From a virus (lineage: Duplodnaviria > Caudoviricetes): 64,000 nucleotides of DNA. The stretch lies in IMG/VR virus record IMGVR_UViG_3300032138_000009, positions 17,209 to 81,208 of that record; one strand, given 5' to 3'. A program made the translations under genes and the position numbers. Positions 30,461 to 39,713 of this stretch are shown here, one piece after another. Numbering within the stretch: the stretch's first letter is position 1; each line of letters opens with the position of its first letter. The notes beneath the pieces were generated by a model. The model ran no database searches. It was given only the letters and a program-made list of their open reading frames with translations, and was not told the DNA's origin.

Positions 30461-30802
30461 TTAATCCTCTTCCTCAATCTTAGCGAACTCTTCACCAATG
30501 ATTGTTGATTTATGCATCTCAGTCTCAGCCCATGGGACTATAGTTCCTGAGAGTCCTGTAATGGAATCGGTGACTCCACTCCATGCGTATGTTGCTATAT
30601 CATTAGGGTCGTCCCCTGCTTTGATATCTGCGTTTGGGACAACAGTGTCCCAGTATCCAGAAAGGCCATTTGGACTGCATACAGCTCTAAATCCTACACA
30701 AACCCCTGTTGGGTCTACGTTAGGATATACTTCGTAGCGTGCTACGTATACATCTGCATAACATCCATCGTTTCCGGAACATTTTATAGTTATTACTGCC
30801 AT
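30461..30802 (-). CDS. Hypothetical protein (113 aa)
   Basis: ORF in the operon direction. Confidence 0.55.
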   Translation of the reverse strand: MAVITIKCSGNDGCYADVYVARYEVYPNVDPTGVCVGFRAVCSPNGLSGYWDTVVPNADIKAGDDPNDIATYAWSGVTDSITGLSGTIVPWAETEMHKSTIIGEEFAKIEEED

Positions 30803-30827
30803 ATTAATTACCTTTTTTATCTTTGCG

Positions 30828-30983
30828 TTAATATTTACGCTTTTTTACTCGCTTCTTTTTCGCTTTAGGCTTCACTTTTTTAGGGAGCTTACGCTTCTTC
30901 GGCGTCTCCTTCTCCCATTTTTTCGCCATCTTCGGCTTGTTCTTGTACATCCAAGCCCTCTGCTTCTGACTCTTGAACGGCAT
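30828..30983 (-). CDS. Highly basic 51-aa protein MPFKSQKQRAWMYKNKP..., overlapping the upstream gene
   Basis: AAGGAG SD; resembles a recurrent small phage protein type (MPFKS..QR.WM...P.MAK.WE..TP...LP). Confidence 0.65.
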   Translation of the reverse strand: MPFKSQKQRAWMYKNKPKMAKKWEKETPKKRKLPKKVKPKAKKKRVKKRKY

Positions 30984-31269
30984 CTTCTTCGTTCTCCTTT
31001 TGTAATTCTTCTATATATAATTGCCAATCTGGAATCATATCATTCTTATCAAGGAATGCTTGAAGAATTTCGTTGTTCTGTTGTAATGCTCCTTGCATTT
31101 CACCAACAGCTTTTTCTGCTTGTGTGAGTCTATCACCCAACATTCGAGTTTGGCCTACAAGCCAATTCATGTTTTCCATAGTCTGAGCTGGTCCAGAACC
31201 CTTTTCAAGTTCCTTTGCCCATGCTTCTACGTCGTTCATACGTTTCTCTAGTCTTTTTAGGTTTGCCAT
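30889..31269 (-). CDS. Coiled-coil protein with acidic tail
   Basis: Heptad pattern; the acidic tail is encoded over the basic ORF. Confidence 0.6.
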   Translation of the reverse strand: MANLKRLEKRMNDVEAWAKELEKGSGPAQTMENMNWLVGQTRMLGDRLTQAEKAVGEMQGALQQNNEILQAFLDKNDMIPDWQLYIEELQKENEEDAVQESEAEGLDVQEQAEDGEKMGEGDAEEA

Positions 31270-31289
31270 TTTTATTCACCTTTTTCATT

Positions 31290-32354
31290 TTATCCGCAAG
31301 AGCAATATTTCTCTTTGCAGACGTTTAACTCATGTAACTTATCACATGAGTACCTATTTATACCTTTCGCTCTAAGAGCATCTATTTTACTTCCTGCTTT
31401 ATCGGGGTCGTTATGATACCATCCCCAATTACCCGCAGGCTCATTATAGATACTTTTAAAGACAAAGGATATGTCCTTATCGGACCATCCAGCGTTGATT
31501 AACTCAAACGCTATGACCTTATTATCGTCGTGGCTGCTCTGTCCACGCTTTATATTACGCTCTATTAGCTCTATTATACACTCTCTAGGGGGCTTAATAT
31601 ATTCACTGGTTATTGGAGCATGTGTAATAGAGCTTGTAGCTTCTCTTATCTTATTAAGCATATAGTCGATACTGTTAGATACAGTATGTCTTATATCTCT
31701 TTCATCACAAAGGAACTCTACGAAGTTTCGTTGAGCCTTTCCACTTTTTTCAGGAGGAATTATTCTTCCAGTGTCTTCCATAGCGATTGCATAAAGTTCT
31801 TCTATACTCATTTTCATCACATCATCTACGGAAAATTGAGTGCACCATACACCAGTAGGGGTGCCCTCTATTTTAGATATATAAGCAGTATTTACTATAC
31901 GTCTCATACAAGATATACTATTGTTAATACAAATATCATCTAATGTATGTAAAAAGTATTTCTTTTTAAGATGTCTTAAGTATGTTTGTATAGCTTCCCT
32001 TTTTAAATGTCGTGGGATATCTACAGGAGTAACAAAGTCTATATTCATTTGAAATCCTTTTCCACCCGTAAGATATATTCTAGGAATAATCTTTAAAGGT
32101 TTACAATATCTACGTATAAATTTTCTTATATCCTTTAGACATTTATTCACATCCTTATTGTCATCAAAATCGAACCATATGGTATTAATGAGAGCAGATT
32201 CATAATCTGTCTTATCTGTACCGCTGTCTTCAAAGACATAAACACTAGCATAACAGTTCTTTTTACCGTTATACTTATCTATTTGTTCTTCGAGTCTTTC
32301 GACGTCGTGACATTTTGCGATTCTTGCTGGGATTCCGAATTCTCTAAAATACAT
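31290..32354 (-). CDS. Archaeo-eukaryotic primase, catalytic domain fused to a PriL-like Fe-S C-terminal domain
   Basis: WFDFD (motif I), TGGKGF (II), RRIVNT (III); C-terminal PPREC...YSC...C...C.C. Confidence 0.8.
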   Translation of the reverse strand: MYFREFGIPARIAKCHDVERLEEQIDKYNGKKNCYASVYVFEDSGTDKTDYESALINTIWFDFDDNKDVNKCLKDIRKFIRRYCKPLKIIPRIYLTGGKGFQMNIDFVTPVDIPRHLKREAIQTYLRHLKKKYFLHTLDDICINNSISCMRRIVNTAYISKIEGTPTGVWCTQFSVDDVMKMSIEELYAIAMEDTGRIIPPEKSGKAQRNFVEFLCDERDIRHTVSNSIDYMLNKIREATSSITHAPITSEYIKPPRECIIELIERNIKRGQSSHDDNKVIAFELINAGWSDKDISFVFKSIYNEPAGNWGWYHNDPDKAGSKIDALRAKGINRYSCDKLHELNVCKEKYCSCG

Positions 32355-32653
32355 ATATCATTCCTTGTTGGTTCTATTATAGCATCTCCTACTTTTTCTA
32401 ATACTTCAATCTTCTGAACCCAATCAGTAGGTATTGCTAGTATATCAATTCCATCTGTGTCAGACCAATGGTGTACCAGTATTAAAGCCTTTCGGTCTTT
32501 AACCACTAATTCACCTACTGTTTCACATACTGCTAAATGTTCTTCTGGGTTAGCACCATTTAGGGTATGTATTTTTATCTGTTCTGCTGCGTCATTCCAT
32601 GTGACTTTTACTATGGGGCCCACGCCCCCTATTCCGCTTGCTTCGTTATCCAT
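32279..32653 (-). CDS. Small beta-barrel (possibly Sm-like) phage protein
   Basis: VKVTWNDA...CETVGEL...IPTDWVQKIEVL pattern. Confidence 0.45.
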   Translation of the reverse strand: MDNEASGIGGVGPIVKVTWNDAAEQIKIHTLNGANPEEHLAVCETVGELVVKDRKALILVHHWSDTDGIDILAIPTDWVQKIEVLEKVGDAIIEPTRNDICILENSESQQESQNVTTSKDSKNK

Positions 32654-32988
32654 TCTTTCCATTCCTCGAATAATTGTGACACTATATCGTTATCTCCCCA
32701 CGTAACAAAATACTTTGCATTAGGTGGAGTATCATCAACGAATATTGGATTTTTAGGTCTATCAAATATTAATCTATCATAAGGTATTTGATTTATATAT
32801 AACCAATCTTCTGTCATCATTTTCATTTCCAGAGTATTATTTCTTTCACACCATATAGTTATATGATGTCCTTGTTCTACCAACCACTGCATGAACTCTG
32901 TAACATTTACTAGTGGTTGTGCGTGTTTCTTTAACAAATCATCTTCTTCTTTACAAATGACCCCATCTAAATTAAAGATGAAATTCAT
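32629..32988 (-). CDS. HAD-superfamily phosphatase-like protein with degenerate motif I
   Basis: FIFNLDGVIC (N in place of the first D); FVDD motif IV. Confidence 0.65.
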   Translation of the reverse strand: MNFIFNLDGVICKEEDDLLKKHAQPLVNVTEFMQWLVEQGHHITIWCERNNTLEMKMMTEDWLYINQIPYDRLIFDRPKNPIFVDDTPPNAKYFVTWGDNDIVSQLFEEWKEWITKQAE

Positions 32989-34550
32989 TTTTTCCTCGGC
33001 GTTCTCATACCACCTCTAGGTCGAGGTGCTTTCTTTGAACGAGGAACATGTCTTTTCTCCCATACTTTAGCTAAATCTAACCAACGCTGTTCAATAATAG
33101 GCCAATCATATTCTTTTTTAGCTTTAGTACGGGCTGCTTTACCAGCTTTTAATTTTTTATCAGCATTATGATAATAATAATCCAAAGCATCAGCAATAGC
33201 TACCGATGAACATATAGCTCGTTGAGGAGCTGCTCTTGCAGGAGTATCCCACCACATATCTTTATAAGGAAGTAATATACCTGCTTCACATATGTCTTCT
33301 TCTAGTAGTTTATCTCTGCCATTTATTTTCTCATCACCACCGGGCTTCCCTCCCAAAGGATATAAAGGAATGTCTGCTGTTTCAGGGTTATCTTCTTTAA
33401 TTATCTCCCATGCAGTAGTATAGTTAGTTACAGCGACAGGAACCCCGCAAGCCATTGCTTCTATAGTGGGTATACCGAAACCTTCTCCAGCTGTTGGTAG
33501 AACGAATACATCCATACAATTATAGAGATGTACCATACTATCCTCATCTAGTGATTCCCCTGCATCTAAGACTCCCATCAAAGGAGGAAGTAAATAATCT
33601 TCTATCCCATAATCAGCTGCAAAGGAAGGAAATTTCCACCCCATTGCATCATTCCAATCCATATGTAATATAAGTTTAGTATCTTCAGGTGTTAAGTCAT
33701 TCCTATCAACAAATTCCTTAAATCCCTTTATTAATTGGGGAATATTTTTTCTATGTTGATTTCTAGCTACACAACCTACGACGAAAGCTCCATCAGCTAT
33801 ATCTTTAAGAGGTTTTTTCCCGTATTTAGGTTCTAGTATGGGTTTGAAAAAATTACAATCTACTCCATGAGGTATATACCATGACTCTTCACATCTTTCA
33901 AACTCTTCTTCCATACAAAGTTGGCCATATCTAGACATACAAACTTTATAATCTATTTGGTCTAATAATTCTTGCCAGCTATGTATACAGGGCTGTCCAT
34001 CAAAAGGTATAGTAGCTGCCCATTTCCATGGTGGGCCTTCTGATACAGCTCTAAAAAGATTATTCATAGTATTCTTTCTTTCTTTTGCTGTTAACATTTT
34101 CCCAGTGTCAGGATTATATAATGGTATGGTGGCTTGTTTAGGTTGTTTAGTTTGTGCTACATGCATAAACATTTGAAAATCTAAATGTGTCCATATAATA
34201 TCTGGTTTAAAATTCTTTGTCCATTCATGAAAACTCTTTTCTCCAAACCTTTCTTGGCCGGGAAACATTATAGGTAAATTCTCCCATGCAACAGTTTCTT
34301 CAGTTTGTCCTAAAGGCCATTCAGTTTCATATTTAGAATGGGATGGATTTTGACATCCTCCATAACCTACATGATGACCTTCTTTTACTAAAAGTGCAGA
34401 TACGTTCTTAGTGTTGGTTCCAAATCCAGTAGGAGCCCAAGGGCTATCTGATACTGGCATTATTCTCAACTTACCTTTCTTAGGAGTATCGAACTTTATT
34501 TCCTTATTTGGTTCGGGCTTAAGGCCCACAGGCTTTTGTGGCTGTATCAT
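32985..34550 (-). CDS. GT-B fold glycosyltransferase (GT4 family)
   Basis: VFVLPTAGEGFGIPTIEAMACG (E-x7-E); VVGCVARNQHRKN. Confidence 0.9.
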   Translation of the reverse strand: MIQPQKPVGLKPEPNKEIKFDTPKKGKLRIMPVSDSPWAPTGFGTNTKNVSALLVKEGHHVGYGGCQNPSHSKYETEWPLGQTEETVAWENLPIMFPGQERFGEKSFHEWTKNFKPDIIWTHLDFQMFMHVAQTKQPKQATIPLYNPDTGKMLTAKERKNTMNNLFRAVSEGPPWKWAATIPFDGQPCIHSWQELLDQIDYKVCMSRYGQLCMEEEFERCEESWYIPHGVDCNFFKPILEPKYGKKPLKDIADGAFVVGCVARNQHRKNIPQLIKGFKEFVDRNDLTPEDTKLILHMDWNDAMGWKFPSFAADYGIEDYLLPPLMGVLDAGESLDEDSMVHLYNCMDVFVLPTAGEGFGIPTIEAMACGVPVAVTNYTTAWEIIKEDNPETADIPLYPLGGKPGGDEKINGRDKLLEEDICEAGILLPYKDMWWDTPARAAPQRAICSSVAIADALDYYYHNADKKLKAGKAARTKAKKEYDWPIIEQRWLDLAKVWEKRHVPRSKKAPRPRGGMRTPRKK

Positions 34551-34559
34551 TGTAAGACC

Positions 34560-34754
34560 TCACTGTTTAATAGCGATGATGTCTTTTTTATTAACAATAA
34601 CAGTTCCTTTATCTCCTGTAAGATATACAAAATTATCGTCGTCATTTGTTATCATTCCTCTTCCAACTTTCGTTCTCTCTTCTTCACGCCACACAACCTT
34701 AACTTCAGCTTCTTTAAGAAACGAAGAAAGCCTTTTACTATCATTTTCATCCAT
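34560..34754 (-). CDS. Sm/Lsm-like small protein (64 aa)
   Basis: N-terminal helix, then VKVVW...GRGMI...DNFVYL...TVIVNK.DIIAI five-strand pattern. Confidence 0.5.
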   Translation of the reverse strand: MDENDSKRLSSFLKEAEVKVVWREEERTKVGRGMITNDDDNFVYLTGDKGTVIVNKKDIIAIKQ

Positions 34755-34839
34755 TTTATCACTCTTTTTATTATTTGGAGCGACACACGTGCCGTCCTAG
34801 AGAATATATATTTAAACATAGTATATAAAGTTTTTGGCA

Positions 34840-37059
34840 TCACATCCACTCCATTAGGCTTTGTTGTTTTTTATCTACTAAGGTCAGTGGGGGTTTCTTT
34901 TTAACCCATTCTGATAATGAAAACTTCTGTAATAAAACACTTATGGTATCCCAATAGTAGAAAATATCAATTTCTTCTACATCCTTTACCAATTCTTTTA
35001 TTTTATATCCATCTTTAGTTCTCACATAATAAAAGGTTGTCCCCGCTGAAGGAGTCATTCCAATTGATTCACCTTGAGCTATTAGTTTTAGTATTAAATC
35101 AGTTTCAGACTTATAATCTTCCTTCTTCCTATGCATAGCTCTACGCATAATAAAATCAGAAAGTTCATATTCTTGTAAGTCATATAATTTATCTACAAAG
35201 TCACCATTAATAGTATTATTCATACGTCCATCTATTATTTTATCTAATACTTTAAGGTAGAACTTAGAACGACTTGTAGATTTAAAAGTACTTCCATGTT
35301 TGATTAAACTTCCATCTTCATTTCTAAGCACATAGTTTCCTATCTGCAACCACACACCCTCTTTATAGTAGTCTTTATCCATAGTTATATGCTCAGGCTC
35401 ACAACTACTAAAAGAATGTTTCATTAAAATTCTTAATCTTTTAACTAACCAATCAACATCCACATCAACATTAGTATTAATCCCATCAGTGTGTACATAT
35501 ACCACAGCATCTTCTCCATACCTAGCACGGATGACGTCGACACCCGCCAAGAGTAACCAACGGGCAACCGCTGTGATAGTGAGCCCCACACCCATATCAC
35601 CGTAAGAAATATAAGGATTAGCATTTGCACCATAGAAAGTATTCACCATGATTTTAAGAGCATTAGATTTACTCTTATCTTCTTTCGTGGAACCAAGTTT
35701 ATAAGGTTTTCGCATTTCCTTAAATTCAGCACACATATTATATAGACAGCTCTTCTCAGAGTGGTCTATTTTAAGCATTACTCTTTTACCCACCTTGTTG
35801 TCAGGTACATAAAGTATGCCATCTTTCTCTTCTAATATATCTGAGTAGTCATCATAGCCTACAATTCTAGAGGTATCTGGGCCCAAATTAAGCGCCATAG
35901 CTATAGAAGGATAGAAAGAACCAAAGTCTACCTTTATATTTCTCTCATGGTATCCAGCTTGATATAGTTCAATATGAGCAGCTTGATAGTTACCTTTATC
36001 AGCTTTATAAATCTCTGGGTGACGCTCTTTGTTTCTATCTAACGTTACTATACGTTGCTCAAATAAGCTCCTACCTTGTAAAATTTTAGTTATATAACTT
36101 GCTGGAGCATTGACATATGTTGCCAGTGGAACGCATAGTGTCTCTGCGACATACTGTATTTGGGGAAAGTAGTGATTATATAAAAACATGGTACAATCTA
36201 CATCAGATAAGACGTAGTCATTTATTTCTTCCATGCTATAATCGAGAAGGTCTTTGTTCCCAAAATCAAGCTCTAAGGGGTCTAACCCAAAGCTCTGAGA
36301 CACAGACTTTAGACCTCGGGGAATCCCTGATAGGGAATAGTCTAGTCTTGTCCAACGTAGTAAATCGAGGATTATGCGTCCTCCAGCGTTCATCTTTAAA
36401 TCTTTCTGGTCTTTAGGGTTTTCCCAACCCCAAACAGAATTATCTCTATTAAGAATTTTCTTATATCCTTTAAGCCCATGAAACCTAGCCCTATGTAATA
36501 TTTGTGGTATATCATAACCTACTAAGTTATAACCAACCAATATGTCAGGGTCATAGTCATTAATATATTCGGCAAACTTAAGTATAACATTCCTATCATC
36601 TTCACCATCCCATAACAACACATCACGCTCTCCAGTGGAAGTTACTATACCTATCGCTACGACAGGATACTTCTCTCCAAAAGGAAAGGAGCCATCTGGA
36701 GAATGAGTTTCTATATCGAATACGAGAGTTTTTAAAGGGTCCGTATTTGGATATTCTTTAAAGAACTCAGGATGTTCTATAAGTAGTCGTTCAAGCAGGG
36801 CTTCTCTTCCACCATCATAAAGCGCTTGTGGTGGAACTGTATCACTCATAGGTAAATACTCATGTTTAGTTAGTTTTACAGTTTTATCACTCGCAATAGT
36901 TCTATATTTAGAACCTTCTTCATTTTGTAAATAGTAATAAGGACTATAAGGACTCTTAACTGCTTCAGTTTTTCCATTCCTATATACTTTAACTTTAAGA
37001 GATTTATCCCTTAAGTCTATAGTTCTATGGTTAATCGTTGCTATCAGTGGTACTTTCAT
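34840..37059 (-). CDS. polB: Family B DNA polymerase
   Basis: Exo motifs FDIET, YNLVGYD, YVLSD; polymerase motifs DFGSFYPSI, KIMVNTFYG, YVHTDG. Confidence 0.93.
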   Translation of the reverse strand: MKVPLIATINHRTIDLRDKSLKVKVYRNGKTEAVKSPYSPYYYLQNEEGSKYRTIASDKTVKLTKHEYLPMSDTVPPQALYDGGREALLERLLIEHPEFFKEYPNTDPLKTLVFDIETHSPDGSFPFGEKYPVVAIGIVTSTGERDVLLWDGEDDRNVILKFAEYINDYDPDILVGYNLVGYDIPQILHRARFHGLKGYKKILNRDNSVWGWENPKDQKDLKMNAGGRIILDLLRWTRLDYSLSGIPRGLKSVSQSFGLDPLELDFGNKDLLDYSMEEINDYVLSDVDCTMFLYNHYFPQIQYVAETLCVPLATYVNAPASYITKILQGRSLFEQRIVTLDRNKERHPEIYKADKGNYQAAHIELYQAGYHERNIKVDFGSFYPSIAMALNLGPDTSRIVGYDDYSDILEEKDGILYVPDNKVGKRVMLKIDHSEKSCLYNMCAEFKEMRKPYKLGSTKEDKSKSNALKIMVNTFYGANANPYISYGDMGVGLTITAVARWLLLAGVDVIRARYGEDAVVYVHTDGINTNVDVDVDWLVKRLRILMKHSFSSCEPEHITMDKDYYKEGVWLQIGNYVLRNEDGSLIKHGSTFKSTSRSKFYLKVLDKIIDGRMNNTINGDFVDKLYDLQEYELSDFIMRRAMHRKKEDYKSETDLILKLIAQGESIGMTPSAGTTFYYVRTKDGYKIKELVKDVEEIDIFYYWDTISVLLQKFSLSEWVKKKPPLTLVDKKQQSLMEWM

Positions 37060-37119
37060 AATTTACCGTTTATCTCCTTCAACACTTTAAGTATTGACCT
37101 CAAAGTTGAGGCAGATGTA

Positions 37120-37389
37120 TCAATCTTCGTTGCTTTCGCCATCCTTTTCATTTCCTTCTTCTATATCCCATTCTTCTATCAACCATATAGCTTCTCTTAT
37201 TCCATTAGCTAAAGCTGTATGATACTTTTGGTCTATATTCATCTCATCATCCCAACTTGCTGATGCTATTTTAATCTCATCTTCTAGTTGTATAGCCATC
37301 ATCTTATGGTAATTTACTGCACTATACAATAAATCAATCCATTGTTCACGCTTTTTTTCACTATCCACTGATAATTGATTAGTTTTCAT
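37120..37389 (-). CDS. Hypothetical protein (89 aa)
   Basis: Helical ORF in the operon. Confidence 0.55.
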   Translation of the reverse strand: MKTNQLSVDSEKKREQWIDLLYSAVNYHKMMAIQLEDEIKIASASWDDEMNIDQKYHTALANGIREAIWLIEEWDIEEGNEKDGESNED

Positions 37390-37699
37390 TTCTATATAAT
37401 TCAGCTTCTTCTGGAGTCATTCTATTAAATAGTTTATCCATATTATTAGTCATTAGTTCTGAAATTTTAATGTCATATACATCACATAAGCGTTGTAGAT
37501 ACCATAAGACATCTCCGAGCTCATCTATAATAAGGTCAGTATTGTCTACTCTATCTCTTATTTCTTTCTTATATGCTCCACCAACTTCACCAGCTTCATT
37601 CATCAAACCTATCATTAGGTATTCTTTCTCTCTACGTTTAGGATACTTCGCTGTTCTGCGAGTAAAATCCTTATATGTTTCTTCTATTCCTTTTACCAT
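37379..37699 (-). CDS. mazG: MazG-like NTP pyrophosphohydrolase
   Basis: GLMNEAGEV..AYKK...DELGDVLWYL. Confidence 0.85.
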   Translation of the reverse strand: MVKGIEETYKDFTRRTAKYPKRREKEYLMIGLMNEAGEVGGAYKKEIRDRVDNTDLIIDELGDVLWYLQRLCDVYDIKISELMTNNMDKLFNRMTPEEAELYRNEN

Positions 37700-38013
37700 A
37701 TGTTTATCTCCTCTGGTATTCTTTTATTTCTTATCATCCACATTCTCTGAGCAGGTAAGTATCTATATACTAAATCTGCCTTCTTATCTGATTGTATAAC
37801 CCAAGGTTTTACTATCACTAAGTCATTCATACGAACCCACATACGTTTCTTTAGTCTGCCGGGTATACGTATCATTCTTGTTAGACCATCTTCACAAAGA
37901 GCTATAAGTCTAGAACCTCCTGACATTTCTTTTACTACCCCAAGTAGTTCATTATGTCTAGGTATTCTAGCTCTCTTTATAATGGGACTTGATTCTTTCG
38001 ATTTCTTCTTCAT
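37693..38013 (-). CDS. eif1a: Archaeal translation initiation factor 1A
   Basis: GVVKEMSGGSRL..LCEDG.TRMIRIPGRLKKRMWVR..DLVIVKPW..QSDKKADLVYRY; start probably ATG 38013. Confidence 0.9.
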   Translation of the reverse strand: MKKKSKESSPIIKRARIPRHNELLGVVKEMSGGSRLIALCEDGLTRMIRIPGRLKKRMWVRMNDLVIVKPWVIQSDKKADLVYRYLPAQRMWMIRNKRIPEEINIW

Positions 38014-39439
38014 TATAGTCTCCTTCTGCGTGCAGTAAGAACTCTTCAAAACTTTTTATCCTTGAGTCTTTATATGTCTTAAAGGGTTCATATGCATCTG
38101 TCTCTATATCTATCGCTGTCTTTGCTCTCTCACCCAGCTTAATGTCGTCGCCAGTAAACGGGTCAACAATTTTGATATCGCTACAAAAGCGCCCCCCGTA
38201 TTCCACAGCCACGGCAGGCCAGTTTTTTGCCATAAAGTCTTTTGTTTCTTCAATTAATTCACTCCAATTTATTTTTGCTACAGGTTCCTCAAAGAGAGGA
38301 CTCTTGTAATATAATTTCTTACCCTTATCTTCATCCATTTCTAGGAATCCAGTCATAAGTAGGGCTCCTAATATGGGTTCTATCTTAGTGAAAGGTAAGC
38401 CAGCAGCCTTAGCTGCTTTCTTTATCTCATTAGTAGACATACGAATAGTGTCGCCATCTGCAAACCCAAACCTATCTATCCTAGTGTTAGGAAATAATTT
38501 CAGTATGTCAGTACCATGACTAGGCATATGGAGACATTCAGACACAAAGGAATTAAGATAGATGCGTAAACCTAACCAATTATGTTTGGGGGTTACTAAA
38601 CCATATTGGGTTCCATCTTTCTCTACCCTAAGTATCTCGTCAGGATAAAACCTAGCCACAGCGTTTATAAGTTTCAATAGATATTGCACTTTAGACCTAG
38701 ATACAGGAAAAGCACTAGGTATAGCTTCAAATAAGAAAGGCGCACATGGATTTTTTATATGTAGTGCGTCTTCATCATCTCTCTCTATAACAGCCTTAAG
38801 CACATGTTCTTTTAACTTCTCTATCTCTTCATCAGACATAGTTGTTAGTTTAGTTTTAGGAACTGCACTATCCATTAGTTTATGCTTAAGCACTCTTTCA
38901 GTCTGCTCTACAGTAGGATTAGTATGCATTATCATACACCTTCTTTCTAATTCCGCATCGAAATAGGCTGCTCCTTTAGTATTCTCTACAGCTACACACA
39001 TAAATACATACTTAGCGTATATCTGTGTTTCTACAGTATCCCCTATAGTTACATCAGTTCGCTTTCTAAATGCACTCCTTCCATCACCCCATGTTTTAAC
39101 TACTTCTATTACTGCTTCTGGTAGTTTCTGAGCTTCAGGTATAGCTATAAATCTAGCTCTGTTTATCTTCTCAGCATCATACCATACCGCAGTTTCGGAA
39201 AGATGTTCCAATACATAGTAAAACTCTTCGGGCAACAAAGAAAAAATAGCATCCATAATAACAGTCTTTCCTGTTCCTGAGTAAGCCTTTATAACAAAGT
39301 TATTATCCTCTAAGAGATAGGAAAGGCATGAACTAAGGGCTAGTTCATCCTCTCCTAATATAGGATTTAAAGTGCCATCTTCTTTTCTAACATTATGAAA
39401 ATATCTAGTTAAGTCATACAACTCAAACTTTTTTGGCAT
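37967..39439 (-). CDS. AAA+ ATPase, divergent MCM-like helicase candidate with C-terminal winged helix
   Basis: Walker A AYSGTGKT; Walker B-like IAIPEAQKL; arginine finger ELERRC; sensor-2-like RSKVQYLLKLINAVAR. Confidence 0.6.
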   Translation of the reverse strand: MPKKFELYDLTRYFHNVRKEDGTLNPILGEDELALSSCLSYLLEDNNFVIKAYSGTGKTVIMDAIFSLLPEEFYYVLEHLSETAVWYDAEKINRARFIAIPEAQKLPEAVIEVVKTWGDGRSAFRKRTDVTIGDTVETQIYAKYVFMCVAVENTKGAAYFDAELERRCMIMHTNPTVEQTERVLKHKLMDSAVPKTKLTTMSDEEIEKLKEHVLKAVIERDDEDALHIKNPCAPFLFEAIPSAFPVSRSKVQYLLKLINAVARFYPDEILRVEKDGTQYGLVTPKHNWLGLRIYLNSFVSECLHMPSHGTDILKLFPNTRIDRFGFADGDTIRMSTNEIKKAAKAAGLPFTKIEPILGALLMTGFLEMDEDKGKKLYYKSPLFEEPVAKINWSELIEETKDFMAKNWPAVAVEYGGRFCSDIKIVDPFTGDDIKLGERAKTAIDIETDAYEPFKTYKDSRIKSFEEFLLHAEGDYNEEEIERIKSHYKES

Positions 39440-39629
39440 CCTCTTCCTCTTTGGCTTCGGCTATCTTTCTTTTCCTTCTATCATACCAACGGTCTCCAGC
39501 CAACCACATAGGTGGTTGTCTACCATATATATCCTCATACCATTGGAATATCCATTCCTCTATATCGTGTTCTGTGACTGCATAGTCAATCTCCGATAAT
39601 CTTTCTAATATATATTTATTTAATTTCAT
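39423..39629 (-). CDS. Hypothetical protein (68 aa)
   Basis: Coupled ORF. Confidence 0.5.
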   Translation of the reverse strand: MKLNKYILERLSEIDYAVTEHDIEEWIFQWYEDIYGRQPPMWLAGDRWYDRRKRKIAEAKEEEDAKKV

Positions 39630-39713
39630 TTCTAATCTTTCTCCATACTAGATATAAAAGTCCTACTAACGGCCCATCTATTATTGCTAAGAATAATAGC
39701 CATTCTGTTAAGG

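Noticed and set aside
27858-37059. Inteins or introns in nrdJ or polB
   Set aside because: Both ORFs are compact and continuous, with no intein-like insertion or endonuclease motifs seen.
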